A stretch of DNA of 64,000 bases. It comes from Spirochaetia bacterium (GTDB lineage: Bacteria; Spirochaetota; Spirochaetia; DSM-16054; Sediminispirochaetaceae). Every line of letters starts with the position of its first letter. Positions within the stretch are counted from its first letter, which is position 1. The translations under genes and the position numbers were made by a program. The stretch covers positions 4,724 to 68,723 of the forward strand of contig JAIPFV010000003.1 of assembly GCA_021736475.1 (NCBI GenBank), in the 5' to 3' direction. This document shows, one piece after another, positions 45,273 to 54,794 of this stretch. Under the pieces are notes generated by a model. It was not told where the DNA came from. It ran no database searches and was given only the letters and a program-made list of their open reading frames with translations.

Positions 45273-46556
45273 ATGATTGTTTTTATTAGGAAAAAAATAA
45301 GCAGATTGAGTGTTGCGAATGCTATTTTTATAATTATATCAATTAATATTTTTGGTGTACATAACTTTGGCACTGATAAACTATTTTTTGTACTTAATAC
45401 TTATGACCTGTTGTTATTGATACTACTTGTTTATTTTACTAAATTATTTTTCTTTAATAGATATGAGCATCTATTGAAAAATGATAAAGGTTTGTATTAT
45501 TATTTTATTTATTCAGCATTTATATTTGTTGTTGTTTTGTCGATGCCGTTCAGGGGTGAAATATCTGTCATTGATTCAGCAAGGGTAGCTAGAGATTACA
45601 TATTATTGATATTAGGTTTAATTGTATATTACGATATATATAAAAACAGTAACCATTTATTTTATATAAAATTATTCATATTTATATCGTTTGTGACTTC
45701 ACTTCAAATAATTGTTAACTCAGTTAATCCATCTCTTGTTGAGAGCTTTTTTCCAGAATTGAGGGCGAGAGAAGGATATAAATTAGGATTTCAGAGAAAT
45801 CATTTATTATCACATGCGATGCTGTTTCCGCATATCTCAACGATATACCTGATTTGTAAATCGCAAATTAAAAAGCTGAAAATGAACGAAACTGCTTTAT
45901 TGTTAATTTTCTTTGTAGCAAGTGGACTGCAAGGTTTTAGAATTTATTTTGTCTCATTAACTGCAATAATTGTAATTGTAAAAATATCAAAAATTAGTTT
46001 TAGAAAAATCTTTCTTTATTTATTCATGGTTCTTGTGTTCGTTCCGGCTATAAATCTATTAGATACTTATTACCTGAATAATCAAATAAAAGGGAAATTT
46101 ATTACTACGATCTACGAAATCTCCGGTAGCAGTCAAGGCACGTTACAAGGCCGCTTTAACCGGGACAACATTTATATGTATCCAATGTTTTATGAAAAAC
46201 CGTATTTTGGATGGGGCTTTATCTATTACGGTTCAGAATATGGAAAAGAAATCGGTATGATGAGAACATCAGAAGATAGGCGGTATAGTCTCTATTCTAT
46301 CGATTCCGGATATCTCACTGTGTTAATTCAGTTCGGAATAATTGGTTCTGTGATTATGCTCCTACTAATTAGTAAGCAACTTAAAATATTAAACACTAAA
46401 AATAATTATCTTAGTTCTACTGTCTTTTGGTTATGGATTTTTTTACTAATGTCACTTCCGACCCATGGTGCTTTTTTCTCTATTCATGGGCTGTTGCCCC
46501 TTTCTATTTTTATGGGGCTCATGGCTCGACCATTATCCGTTGCAAGTTTGTCATAG
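45273..46556 (+). CDS. wzy: O-antigen polymerase (Wzy)/O-antigen ligase-like polytopic membrane protein
   Basis: Extremely AT-rich, at least 10 hydrophobic segments, periplasmic loop 'RFNRDNIYMYPMFYEKPYFGWGF'; positioned between wzx and GT genes. Confidence 0.55.
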   Translation: MIVFIRKKISRLSVANAIFIIISINIFGVHNFGTDKLFFVLNTYDLLLLILLVYFTKLFFFNRYEHLLKNDKGLYYYFIYSAFIFVVVLSMPFRGEISVIDSARVARDYILLILGLIVYYDIYKNSNHLFYIKLFIFISFVTSLQIIVNSVNPSLVESFFPELRAREGYKLGFQRNHLLSHAMLFPHISTIYLICKSQIKKLKMNETALLLIFFVASGLQGFRIYFVSLTAIIVIVKISKISFRKIFLYLFMVLVFVPAINLLDTYYLNNQIKGKFITTIYEISGSSQGTLQGRFNRDNIYMYPMFYEKPYFGWGFIYYGSEYGKEIGMMRTSEDRRYSLYSIDSGYLTVLIQFGIIGSVIMLLLISKQLKILNTKNNYLSSTVFWLWIFLLMSLPTHGAFFSIHGLLPLSIFMGLMARPLSVASLS

Positions 46557-46599
46557 GCTTTTTGTGTTAACCCAAATAGCTTTTCAGTATAGAGGTGTT

Positions 46600-47691
46600 A
46601 TGAAAAAAATTATTATTTACCTTGTCAACTTTAATAAGGGCGGGGCCGAATGGGTCATAACAAATTTAGCGAATACCATGGCCGATAATGGCAGGCCTGT
46701 AACCATCGTGAGTATCAAATTCGGAAACATGTCTACTGAGTTGAGTTCAACCGTCAATTATAAGCATTTTTCAGGGCAATGGCTAAAAGCGTTTTGGTAC
46801 ATGTATCGTAAACTTTGGCTAAACCGTTTTGACGTCATGTTAACAACCCAGCGAGGGGGAACTGTTTTTGCGTACTTATTGAAGATTTTCTCATTTTCAA
46901 AAACAAAGCACGTTGTCCGTGAAGCGGCCTCAAATTTCAACCAGCACTTTGAATCAAAGGGTTTTTTGACTGCTGCTATCTGGCGACGGTTGTTTCGCCT
47001 TTCCTACGGACATGCTTATCGTCTGATCGTTAACAGCGCAGGAACCGGTGAAGATTTAATAAGTGCCGGAATCATATCAGATAAGAGTTACTATCAAATC
47101 GACAATCCTTTGGACATTGATCGTATTCGCCAGAAAGCCTTAATGGAGAATAAATTTACAAAACCGCCTGATATGATTCAAATAGTCACTATTGCCAGAC
47201 TGGTTCCCAAAAAGTGTATTGACGTTCTGATTCATGCTTATGAACGGGTCCGCGTACACTACCCGCAATCGAGGTTAGTCATTGTTGGTGATGGTCCCCT
47301 CAAGGAGGAGCTTGAACAGATTGTGAGTAAACTTGGTTTAAATAATCATGTTGTTTTTGCCGGCTGGTTATCAAATCCTTATCCTGTTTTAAGGGAATCA
47401 AACCTTTTTGTGTTACCATCAAAATGGGAAGGATTCGGGCAGGTGCTCATCGAAGCTCTGGCTTTGGGTGTACCTTGTGTCTCTACGGATACGTCGGATA
47501 GCCCTTCCTACATATTAGACAAAGGACAATACGGGATTTTAGTCGAACCTGAATCATTTGATGGGTTAGCTGCCGGTATTTTACAATCATTGAATCAGAA
47601 CCATAAGGCTTTACGGTTGATTAAACGGGCTGAAATGTTCAACAAACAGGCAATTACTGGAAAATACGAACAGGTATTTTTTCTTGAATAA
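46600..47691 (+). CDS. GT4-family (GT-B) glycosyltransferase
   Basis: 'FNKGGAEWV', 'LVIVGDGPLKEELE', 'LPSKWEGFGQVLIEALALGVPCVSTD'. Confidence 0.85.
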   Translation: MKKIIIYLVNFNKGGAEWVITNLANTMADNGRPVTIVSIKFGNMSTELSSTVNYKHFSGQWLKAFWYMYRKLWLNRFDVMLTTQRGGTVFAYLLKIFSFSKTKHVVREAASNFNQHFESKGFLTAAIWRRLFRLSYGHAYRLIVNSAGTGEDLISAGIISDKSYYQIDNPLDIDRIRQKALMENKFTKPPDMIQIVTIARLVPKKCIDVLIHAYERVRVHYPQSRLVIVGDGPLKEELEQIVSKLGLNNHVVFAGWLSNPYPVLRESNLFVLPSKWEGFGQVLIEALALGVPCVSTDTSDSPSYILDKGQYGILVEPESFDGLAAGILQSLNQNHKALRLIKRAEMFNKQAITGKYEQVFFLE

Positions 47692-47866
47692 AAAGCAAAA
47701 CCTGAAACTACAGTTCCTGGCTCAATAGACAATGATGTAAAAATGAGTACCGACGAAGCGAAAAAGACACACAATTTATTTTATGCTTTGATGGATGATG
47801 TTCGTGTAGCTGCCGAGCTGTGTTGCCCATTATGCCTCCGCTTATTTTCCATAAGTCGAACTTTTT

Positions 47867-49030
47867 ATGAATAATCCAGAAAACACGGATAACACAATAA
47901 ATTTGCTTTTTGCTGGTGACTTTGCACCGCACGGTGGTTACGAAAAACCTGTCATTACCCTCGGTGCAGCTATTTTCGGCGATTTGCAGGAAGATATCGC
48001 TACTGCCGATATAGCATTTTTGAATCTTGAAGCGCCATTGTGCCTTCACGGTAAGCCTATTCGCAAAACGGGGCCTAGCTTGCGGGCGCACCCTGATTGC
48101 TTGCATGCAGTTGCTGATGCCGGATTCAATGTCGCAGGCTTGGCGAATAATCACATTATGGATTATGGCGTCACTGGTTTTGGCGAAACACTGCGTGCTG
48201 TAACGAGCCATGGTTTAAAGGTGTGTGGTGCGGGTCAATATTTGCAGCAGGCACAACAAGCCTGCCATGTTGAAGTTAAAGGCTTGAGGATTGCCTTAAT
48301 TGCAGTCGCTGAGCACGAATTCAGTATTGCATCGAGCGATCATCCGGGTGCCGCGCCGCTTGATTCGATTGATAATGTGTTGCAGATCGAACAAGCTCAT
48401 AAAGAAGCTGACCTGGTTTTTGTCTCGGTTCATGGTGGGAACGAATACTTTCCACTTCCCCGCCCTGGACTGAGGAAGCTTTGTCAATATTTAACTAACC
48501 GTGGTGCTGATGCGGTCATTTGCCACCACACGCATATTCCGGGTGCTTATGAAATTCACGAAGGTAAGCCAATAATCTACAGCTTGGGCAATTTAATTTT
48601 CGACCATCCACACCCCCCCGAAAATTGGGATAAAGGTTATGCCGCAATTCTGAAATACTCTTCGGATACCAGGAAATTCATCGCTTTTAATTTTTTGCCT
48701 TACAGTCAATCAGTTAGCCAAAAGGGTGTCAGAAAAATGTACGGTGATCAAAAAGCCAATTTCCTGCTCCAATTAGATAAATTCTACACCGTCTTGCAGA
48801 ATAATGAACTTTACCTTTCCGAATGGAAACGATTCTGTTTTTCAAAGAAAAACCTTCTGTTGTTGAAGCAGTATTCACCTTTTATGTTTCGTGGAATGAG
48901 AAAAGTGAGTTCAATACTAAATTCTGAAAAAATATTTCTGTTGAATAAGACCAGTAGAAATGTAAAATTAAATATGATTCGTTGCGAGTCTCATCTTGAG
49001 ATGTTGAGAACTATCCTTACAGAAGAGTAG
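47867..49030 (+). CDS. CapA/PGA_cap-family metallophosphatase-fold protein
   Basis: 'LLFAGDFAPHGG', 'AFLNLEAPL', 'GFNVAGLANNHIMDYG', 'VSVHGGNEY', 'VICHHTH', 'YSLGNLIFD'. Confidence 0.65.
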   Translation: MNNPENTDNTINLLFAGDFAPHGGYEKPVITLGAAIFGDLQEDIATADIAFLNLEAPLCLHGKPIRKTGPSLRAHPDCLHAVADAGFNVAGLANNHIMDYGVTGFGETLRAVTSHGLKVCGAGQYLQQAQQACHVEVKGLRIALIAVAEHEFSIASSDHPGAAPLDSIDNVLQIEQAHKEADLVFVSVHGGNEYFPLPRPGLRKLCQYLTNRGADAVICHHTHIPGAYEIHEGKPIIYSLGNLIFDHPHPPENWDKGYAAILKYSSDTRKFIAFNFLPYSQSVSQKGVRKMYGDQKANFLLQLDKFYTVLQNNELYLSEWKRFCFSKKNLLLLKQYSPFMFRGMRKVSSILNSEKIFLLNKTSRNVKLNMIRCESHLEMLRTILTEE

Positions 49031-49045
49031 GTTGAAAAATTTATT

Positions 49046-50080
49046 ATGAAAAAAATTATTTGTCTTACCGATTATCATAATTATTTCGGCAGTAAGTGGA
49101 ATTCTGATCCGTATCGATCCGGTATGGATAAAGAGTACTTAACTCGCTTGTTTTCGGATTCGGGCTATGTCGTCGAATATATATCCATGGCGGAGGTTGA
49201 TTTTTCTGATCCTAAATGGAAAGGGCAACCTGTACTTTACACTTCGTCCGAGGAACATGGTTACCACTACAAAAGTTTCATTGAAGATGTGGTTTTTGGT
49301 CTTGACCGCGCTGGTGCCGTATTGATTCCCAGGGCTGATTTTTTAAGAGCCAATAACAACAAGGTCTATATGGAAATACTGCGCCAGGTGGCCTTACCTG
49401 ATAAATTTAATACGTTAAATGCACAAATATTTGGAACTTACGAAGAACTGGACGCCGTATTAAGTGCAAATCAAGTAACTTTTCCTTGTGTCCTTAAAAC
49501 GGCGTCTGGTGCAATGAGCAGTGGAGTATTCTTGGCGCATGATGAGAATGAATTGCGCCGGCAAGTCCGGAAAATTGGTCGTACAGCACCATTGAAGGTC
49601 ATTCTAAAGGAGAAGGCGAGAAGCTATAAGCATCAAGGGTACAAAACCGAATCGTCCTATCAAGGTAAATTTATCATTCAGCCGTTTGTGGCGGGCCTTA
49701 AAAATGATTGGAAGGTTATTTCTTTTGGTCACAAATATTATTGTTTTGAGAGGCCGGTCAGAAAAAATGATTTCCGAGCGAGTGGAAGTGGTAGCAAAAA
49801 CTACATATATGGATCTGAAACAAAGGTGCCGGAAGGGTTGCTGGATTTCGCACGTGAATTGAAAAATATATTTAGTGTACCAAGTTTATCAATAGATATT
49901 GCCTATGATGGCAATAAACTACATCTTGTCGAGTTCCAAGCGATACATTTTGGTACGGTAGGTCAGGTTAAAAGTAAAGATTTTTACGAATACTGCCAAG
50001 GTAAATGGGAATTGAGGAAAAACATATACGATATAGAGCACGTTTATGTGGACAGCATCGTAGAATATTTAAATCGATAG
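49046..50080 (+). CDS. ATP-grasp-like protein (substrate unknown)
   Basis: 'FPCVLKTASGAMSSGVFLA', 'FIIQPFV', 'LSIDIAYDGNKLHLVEFQ' resemble ATP-grasp strand motifs; weak call. Confidence 0.5.
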   Translation: MKKIICLTDYHNYFGSKWNSDPYRSGMDKEYLTRLFSDSGYVVEYISMAEVDFSDPKWKGQPVLYTSSEEHGYHYKSFIEDVVFGLDRAGAVLIPRADFLRANNNKVYMEILRQVALPDKFNTLNAQIFGTYEELDAVLSANQVTFPCVLKTASGAMSSGVFLAHDENELRRQVRKIGRTAPLKVILKEKARSYKHQGYKTESSYQGKFIIQPFVAGLKNDWKVISFGHKYYCFERPVRKNDFRASGSGSKNYIYGSETKVPEGLLDFARELKNIFSVPSLSIDIAYDGNKLHLVEFQAIHFGTVGQVKSKDFYEYCQGKWELRKNIYDIEHVYVDSIVEYLNR

Positions 50081-50081
50081 C

Positions 50082-50334
50082 ATGAAAACCCTCTTCATCT
50101 AAAGCGGTAACTTTAAAAAACGGTATCAGCTCGATTGTGAAAAATCAGGGCAGTTCCCTGGAAGAATGCGACTTCACAATTGACTGTTGCAGCATTCAGG
50201 ACAATGGCCTGCCGGGTTACCTGAAAAAGAAACACCACGATATTATCCACGTCCATTATTCCTTGTCCGCTTTTACGGACACGCTGGCCGTTTGTCGGCT
50301 GTTGGTTGTTTCGCTGATGGGCAGTGATATCTGA
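50082..50334 (+). pseudogene. Degraded 5' fragment of a GT4 glycosyltransferase (paralogue of 50395-51366)
   Basis: 'MKTLFI*SGN' vs 'MKVLFVSSGN'; after a frameshift, 'VKNQGSSL...IIHVHYSLSAFTDTLAV...VVSLMGSDI*' vs 'IKSQGESL...LIHAHYTLSGWAAVLSK...ILSLMGTDA'. Confidence 0.65.
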
Positions 50335-50394
50335 TCGAATTCGTTTGAATCAAAATTTTCACATAACGATTTAACATAATAAGGTTGTAGCTGC

Positions 50395-51366
50395 ATGAAA
50401 GTTCTTTTTGTCAGTAGTGGAAATTCTAAAAATTTTGATGTAGCTCCCTTCATAAAGTCGCAAGGAGAGTCCCTCGTTGGCCGAGGTGTTGAGGTCGATT
50501 ATTTTACAGTAAAGGGAAAGGGTATCTTTGGCTATTTAAATGCGGCAAAAGAATTAAAAAAACATATAAAAGGGAAAAACATAGATCTTATTCATGCACA
50601 CTATACTTTGAGCGGTTGGGCTGCTGTTTTGTCGAAACCAAGAATTCCAATCATCTTGTCTTTGATGGGAACCGATGCGTACGGTGAGTATGTTGGTGTC
50701 AATAAAATCAAATTTTCCAGCCGATATCTTATTTTTTTAACGTACCTCATTCAACCGTTTGTCAATGCGATTATTTGTAAATCAAAGCACATTGAAAGTT
50801 TTGTGTATTTGAAGAAAAAATCTCAGGTCATTCCCAATGGCATCTTGCTTGACAAAATTAATTGCGATAAGTCGGGTTTTGAAAAAGAATTGGGGTTGAA
50901 TCCTACAAAAAAGCATGTGTTGTTTCTAGGAAACAAAACAAATCGTCGAAAAAACTATCAATTGCTTCAAAGTACCGTAGATAGAATTAATTCAGATGAA
51001 ATTTCTATTGTTGCACCATATCCGGTATCTCATGACCAGGTAATCAAGCATATGAGATCAGTAGATGTGTTGGTGGTCCCATCTTTAATGGAAGGCTCCC
51101 CCAACGTGATCAAAGAAGCCATGGCCTGCAACTGCCCGATTGTGGCGACCAACGTAGGGGATATTGCCTGGTTGTTCGGGGATGAGCCGGGGCATTTTAT
51201 CACCAGTTTCGAACCTGACGATGTTGCGGAAAAAATCCGGAAGGCGCTTGAATTCGCGCAAACTGTCGGCAAGACCAATGGCCGTAAACGGATCATTCAG
51301 CTTGGTCTGGATTCTCAGACCGTGGCCCAACGCATTGTTGCTGTGTATCGGTCGGTTCTTTCCTAG
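50395..51366 (+). CDS. GT4-family glycosyltransferase
   Basis: 'VPSLMEGSPNVIKEAMACNCPIVATNVGD' E-x7-E region. Confidence 0.8.
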   Translation: MKVLFVSSGNSKNFDVAPFIKSQGESLVGRGVEVDYFTVKGKGIFGYLNAAKELKKHIKGKNIDLIHAHYTLSGWAAVLSKPRIPIILSLMGTDAYGEYVGVNKIKFSSRYLIFLTYLIQPFVNAIICKSKHIESFVYLKKKSQVIPNGILLDKINCDKSGFEKELGLNPTKKHVLFLGNKTNRRKNYQLLQSTVDRINSDEISIVAPYPVSHDQVIKHMRSVDVLVVPSLMEGSPNVIKEAMACNCPIVATNVGDIAWLFGDEPGHFITSFEPDDVAEKIRKALEFAQTVGKTNGRKRIIQLGLDSQTVAQRIVAVYRSVLS

Positions 51367-51379
51367 CATTTCATACGCT

Positions 51380-51654
51380 ATGAAAATCATCACCATTATC
51401 GTTGCCAGGCCGCAGTTTATCAAATCAACCACGGTTTCGCGTGCTATCCGCAGACACAATGACCTGAACAGCACAATCGCCAAGGCAACGTCGATTGATG
51501 GAATCATCGTGCATACCGGCCAGCATTTTGACGACAACATGTCCGGGCTGTTTTTCAGTGAGCTAGCCCCCCACACGCCCGATTAAAACCTGGGGATCGG
51601 CGGCGGGTCGCATGGGCAGGCACAATCCTTTAAAAATCATAGGTATTTATTATG
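51380..51654 (+). pseudogene. Truncated UDP-N-acetylglucosamine(uronate) 2-epimerase gene (WecB/WbpI family)
   Basis: 'MKIITIIVARPQFIKSTTVSRAI...IIVHTGQHFDDNMSGLFFSEL...PD*NLGIGGGSHGQ'. There is an in-frame TAA where Tyr is expected, and homology ends about 85 codons in, at the start of the next gene. Confidence 0.7.
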
Positions 51655-52725
51655 AGAATAATGATCGATATAGGTCATCCAGCACATGTGCATTACTTTA
51701 AAAACTTTATCTCCATCATGGAATCCAAAGGGCATGAATTTTTCGTTACCGCTAGAGATAAAGAAGTAACGCATGATCTTTTAAAATTAAACAATATGGA
51801 TTACATAAGCAGAGGGAAGGGGCGTCGGGGCTTATTGGGTAAATTTTTTTATATATTTCAAGCCGATTATATTTTATGGCGATTGGCTAGAAAGTTAAAA
51901 CCCGATATTTTTTTGAGTTTTGCTTCACCATACGCTGCCCATGTTTCATGGCTTATGAAAAAACCTCACATTGTATTTGATGACACAGAACATGCAAAAA
52001 TGGCACATGCGCTGTATGCTGATTTTTCAGATGTTATTTTAAGCCCGAGTTGTTTCCTGGAACCGTTTAATAAGAAACAACTGTTTTTCGATTCATACAT
52101 GGAACTTTGCTATTTACATCCGAAATACTTCAATGCTGATGACTCAATATATGAAGTCTTAGGTTTAACAAAAAAAGATCGTTATGTTATATTACGTTTC
52201 GTTTCCTGGAATGCGAACCACGACATCGGGCAAGAAGGATTTTCAAATTCAATGAAATATCGTTTAATTAATGAAATCGGAAAGTATGCGAAAATCTTCA
52301 TATCCTCTGAGAATAAATTGCCAAAAGACTTTGAAGAATACCGATTAACAGTTTCTCCTGAGAAATTGCATCAAGTTCTTGCTTTCGCAGATTTATATAT
52401 CGGTGAAGGTTCTACAACTGCCTCTGAGTGTTCAGTGTTAGGCGTACCGAATATATATGTGAATAGTTTGAAAGTAGGGCACTGTGATGAGCAGGATAAA
52501 AAATATAACATTTGCCATGTTATAAACGATGAAAATAGTATTCTTGACATATCAAAAAAGATACTAAATACACCTGCGTATCGAATAGAGATAGAAGAAA
52601 ACCATAAAAGAATGCTTGAAGATAAAATCGATATAACAGCATTTATGGTCTGGTTCATCGAAAACTACCCCGAAAGTGCACATATATTGCGTGAGAATCC
52701 CGAGTATCAAAAACGATTCACCTGA
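51652..52725 (+). CDS. DUF354-family protein (GT-B/epimerase-like fold)
   Basis: 'MRIMIDIGHPAHVHYFKNFISIMESKGHEFFVTARDKEV' is the characteristic DUF354 N-terminus. Confidence 0.6.
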   Translation: MRIMIDIGHPAHVHYFKNFISIMESKGHEFFVTARDKEVTHDLLKLNNMDYISRGKGRRGLLGKFFYIFQADYILWRLARKLKPDIFLSFASPYAAHVSWLMKKPHIVFDDTEHAKMAHALYADFSDVILSPSCFLEPFNKKQLFFDSYMELCYLHPKYFNADDSIYEVLGLTKKDRYVILRFVSWNANHDIGQEGFSNSMKYRLINEIGKYAKIFISSENKLPKDFEEYRLTVSPEKLHQVLAFADLYIGEGSTTASECSVLGVPNIYVNSLKVGHCDEQDKKYNICHVINDENSILDISKKILNTPAYRIEIEENHKRMLEDKIDITAFMVWFIENYPESAHILRENPEYQKRFT

Positions 52726-52896
52726 AAAAATTCAATTTTAAGATAAATAACTGCCAGATGCGGTAATGGTTTGGCATTACACACAAAATAACCCGGGACC
52801 TGAATGGAGACCGACGGAAGGATTATTAGAGACGAAGAAGGAAATATAAGAGATGTGATCTTTAGCGTAAGAGATGCAAGGAAAAAAATGTAGCAA

Positions 52897-53541
52897 ATGA
52901 GTAAAGAGAAAGAATTAGAAAGACTATTAAAGGAAAAAGAGAATTTACTCCATGAAGTCCATCACCGTGTTAAAAATCACATGGGTACAATCTCGAGTAT
53001 GATCTCCCTGCGTATAAACACCATTGATAACCCCCAAATACGTGAAGTTCTTGAAGATTTACAGGACAAAGTACACCTTATGCAAAATATCTATCAGTCC
53101 CTCTACACCCGGGAGGATGTAGGGACTATTAATATCTCCTCTTACTTACTACCTGTTATCCATGATATTCAGTATGCCTATATCGACAGCCGGTCGATAT
53201 CGTTAACCACCGATATAGAGGATATAGAAGTTAGTTCAAAACAGTCTTTACCTGTCGGCATAATAACAACGGAGCTCATAAGCAACTCAATTAAATACGC
53301 ATTTACTAAAAACGGAGAAGGGAAAATCCATGTATCAATTCACACAGAAAAAGAGAATGCCGATTTTCTCTGTATCGAAGTCTCCGACAACGGAAAAGGC
53401 ATGCCCCTCGAACTAGTAGAGAATAGAGAATACGGCTATGGGCTCACTCTGGTAGAATCCTATACAAAACAGTTTGACGGAATCATGAGTATACACAACG
53501 CCGGAGGAACAACTGTTCGTGTGATATTGGAGCTGGGATAG
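52897..53541 (+). CDS. Histidine kinase core only (HisKA_2 + HATPase); N-terminal sensor lost
   Basis: 'LLHEVHHRVKNHM' HisKA_2 H-box, 'ELISNSIKYAF', 'DNGKGMP', 'GYGLTLVE'. Upstream and in frame, 'METDGRIIRDEEGNIRDVIFSVRDARKKM' (PAS tail, 52804-52890) is separated by a TAG at 52891. Confidence 0.75.
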   Translation: MSKEKELERLLKEKENLLHEVHHRVKNHMGTISSMISLRINTIDNPQIREVLEDLQDKVHLMQNIYQSLYTREDVGTINISSYLLPVIHDIQYAYIDSRSISLTTDIEDIEVSSKQSLPVGIITTELISNSIKYAFTKNGEGKIHVSIHTEKENADFLCIEVSDNGKGMPLELVENREYGYGLTLVESYTKQFDGIMSIHNAGGTTVRVILELG

Positions 53542-53609
53542 TCTCTATGAAATGGATTTTCAATATATCCTCACCCCTTGCCGTCGGGAATTGAATGAAA
53601 ATTTTTCTA

Positions 53610-53638
53610 TTGACAAACAAAAATATTGTGAATATATT
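53610..53638 (+). promoter_or_regulatory. Sigma-70-type promoter candidate for the TA pair
   Basis: TTGACA (53610) - 17 nt - TATATT (53633), 40 nt upstream of the antitoxin ATG. Confidence 0.5.
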
Positions 53639-53677
53639 AGAATACATAAGAACATTATTTATTCTGGAGGCTATTCA

Positions 53678-53917
53678 ATGTCTAAAACCGTAACACTGCG
53701 ATTAGATGATAAAAGTTATGAAATTATTAAACAACATGCTCAAGCGGATAACCGTCCTTTATCCAACTATATTGAAACAGCTACATTAAAATATATTGAA
53801 GAAATTGACTACGTTGATGATTACGAAATGGAACAGATTTTAAATGATAAAGAATTATTAGAGTCTTTAAGAGACGGCAGTGCTGATGCTGCACATAAAA
53901 AAGGCCGATTTGTTTGA
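53678..53917 (+). CDS. Type II antitoxin (RHH/RelB-ParD-like)
   Basis: 79 aa; GGAGG RBS; 'KTVTLRLDDKSYEIIKQHAQADNRPLSNYIETA'; 4-nt overlap with the toxin gene. Confidence 0.65.
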   Translation: MSKTVTLRLDDKSYEIIKQHAQADNRPLSNYIETATLKYIEEIDYVDDYEMEQILNDKELLESLRDGSADAAHKKGRFV

Positions 53918-54192
53918 TGAATTACCGTATTTTTGAGACTGATTATTTCATTAAAAAAAAGAACAAATTTAATAAAAAACAAAAAGATATTATAGAACAC
54001 AGATTACATCTAAAAGTGTATCCACAACTCTCTGAGCAACCATATTTTGGTAACAATATCAAGAAACTAAAAAATTACCATCCGGAAACGTGGAGATATC
54101 GAATGGGCAATTTCAGGCTCTTTTATGAAATATCTGAAAAAGAAAAAATAATATTTATCACTACTATTAGTACAAGACAACGTGCATATTAG
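53914..54192 (+). CDS. Type II toxin, RelE/ParE superfamily
   Basis: 92 aa; 'WRYRMGNFRLFYEISEKEKIIFITTISTRQRAY' matches the RelE/StbE C-terminal pattern. Confidence 0.75.
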   Translation: MMNYRIFETDYFIKKKNKFNKKQKDIIEHRLHLKVYPQLSEQPYFGNNIKKLKNYHPETWRYRMGNFRLFYEISEKEKIIFITTISTRQRAY

Positions 54193-54794
54193 AGAAGTCG
54201 TTGCTATTGTCACACATTTCTTGAAACCGTCACATAAGAGACCAATGGACTTTACCCACAACACCTACACACAGCTCGTACATGCCCTGAAGGAGCATTG
54301 CTATCCCTTCTACCCCTTTGCCAGCCGTGTTTCCCTCATCATAAACACCCACCCGGAGCACTGGGCGCGCAAAGGAAGCGAGTGGATGCGCATAAAGGCA
54401 GTCAGGACGGTACGGAACGGTGCGAAGCGTGTTTTTTTCCGCAAGCGCTGAAAGCATAAAGACACTAATAAATAAAGGAAAAACCGATGAAAACAAAACT
54501 ACCTCCTACCGGGCCTGGGACAAATACGACGACCTTACCACATTTACCGACCTCGAGAACGAAGATCCTGAAGATATATTTACAGAAATAGACTGAACCT
54601 AACCGAAGGAGACCTCCAGGCTCGCATTCGCATTCCCATTTTGATAAGAGTGATAGAGACCGGTTAGCAAAATGAATGCCGGATGCGGAAGACAGGGAGG
54701 GACACGAATAAAAAATGGGCCTGTATGAGGTCAAAAATTAGCAAATAATCCAAAAAAGTGCCGATCTGTGGCCTTTTCTCAAAAAAATCGAACT

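Noticed and set aside
54182-54734. ORFs 54182-54451 (+), 54230-54496 (-) and 54465-54734 (-) downstream of the TA pair
   Set aside because: They are short, mutually overlapping, and have no motif or RBS. The region is more likely decayed DNA plus the leader of the sigma-54 operon.
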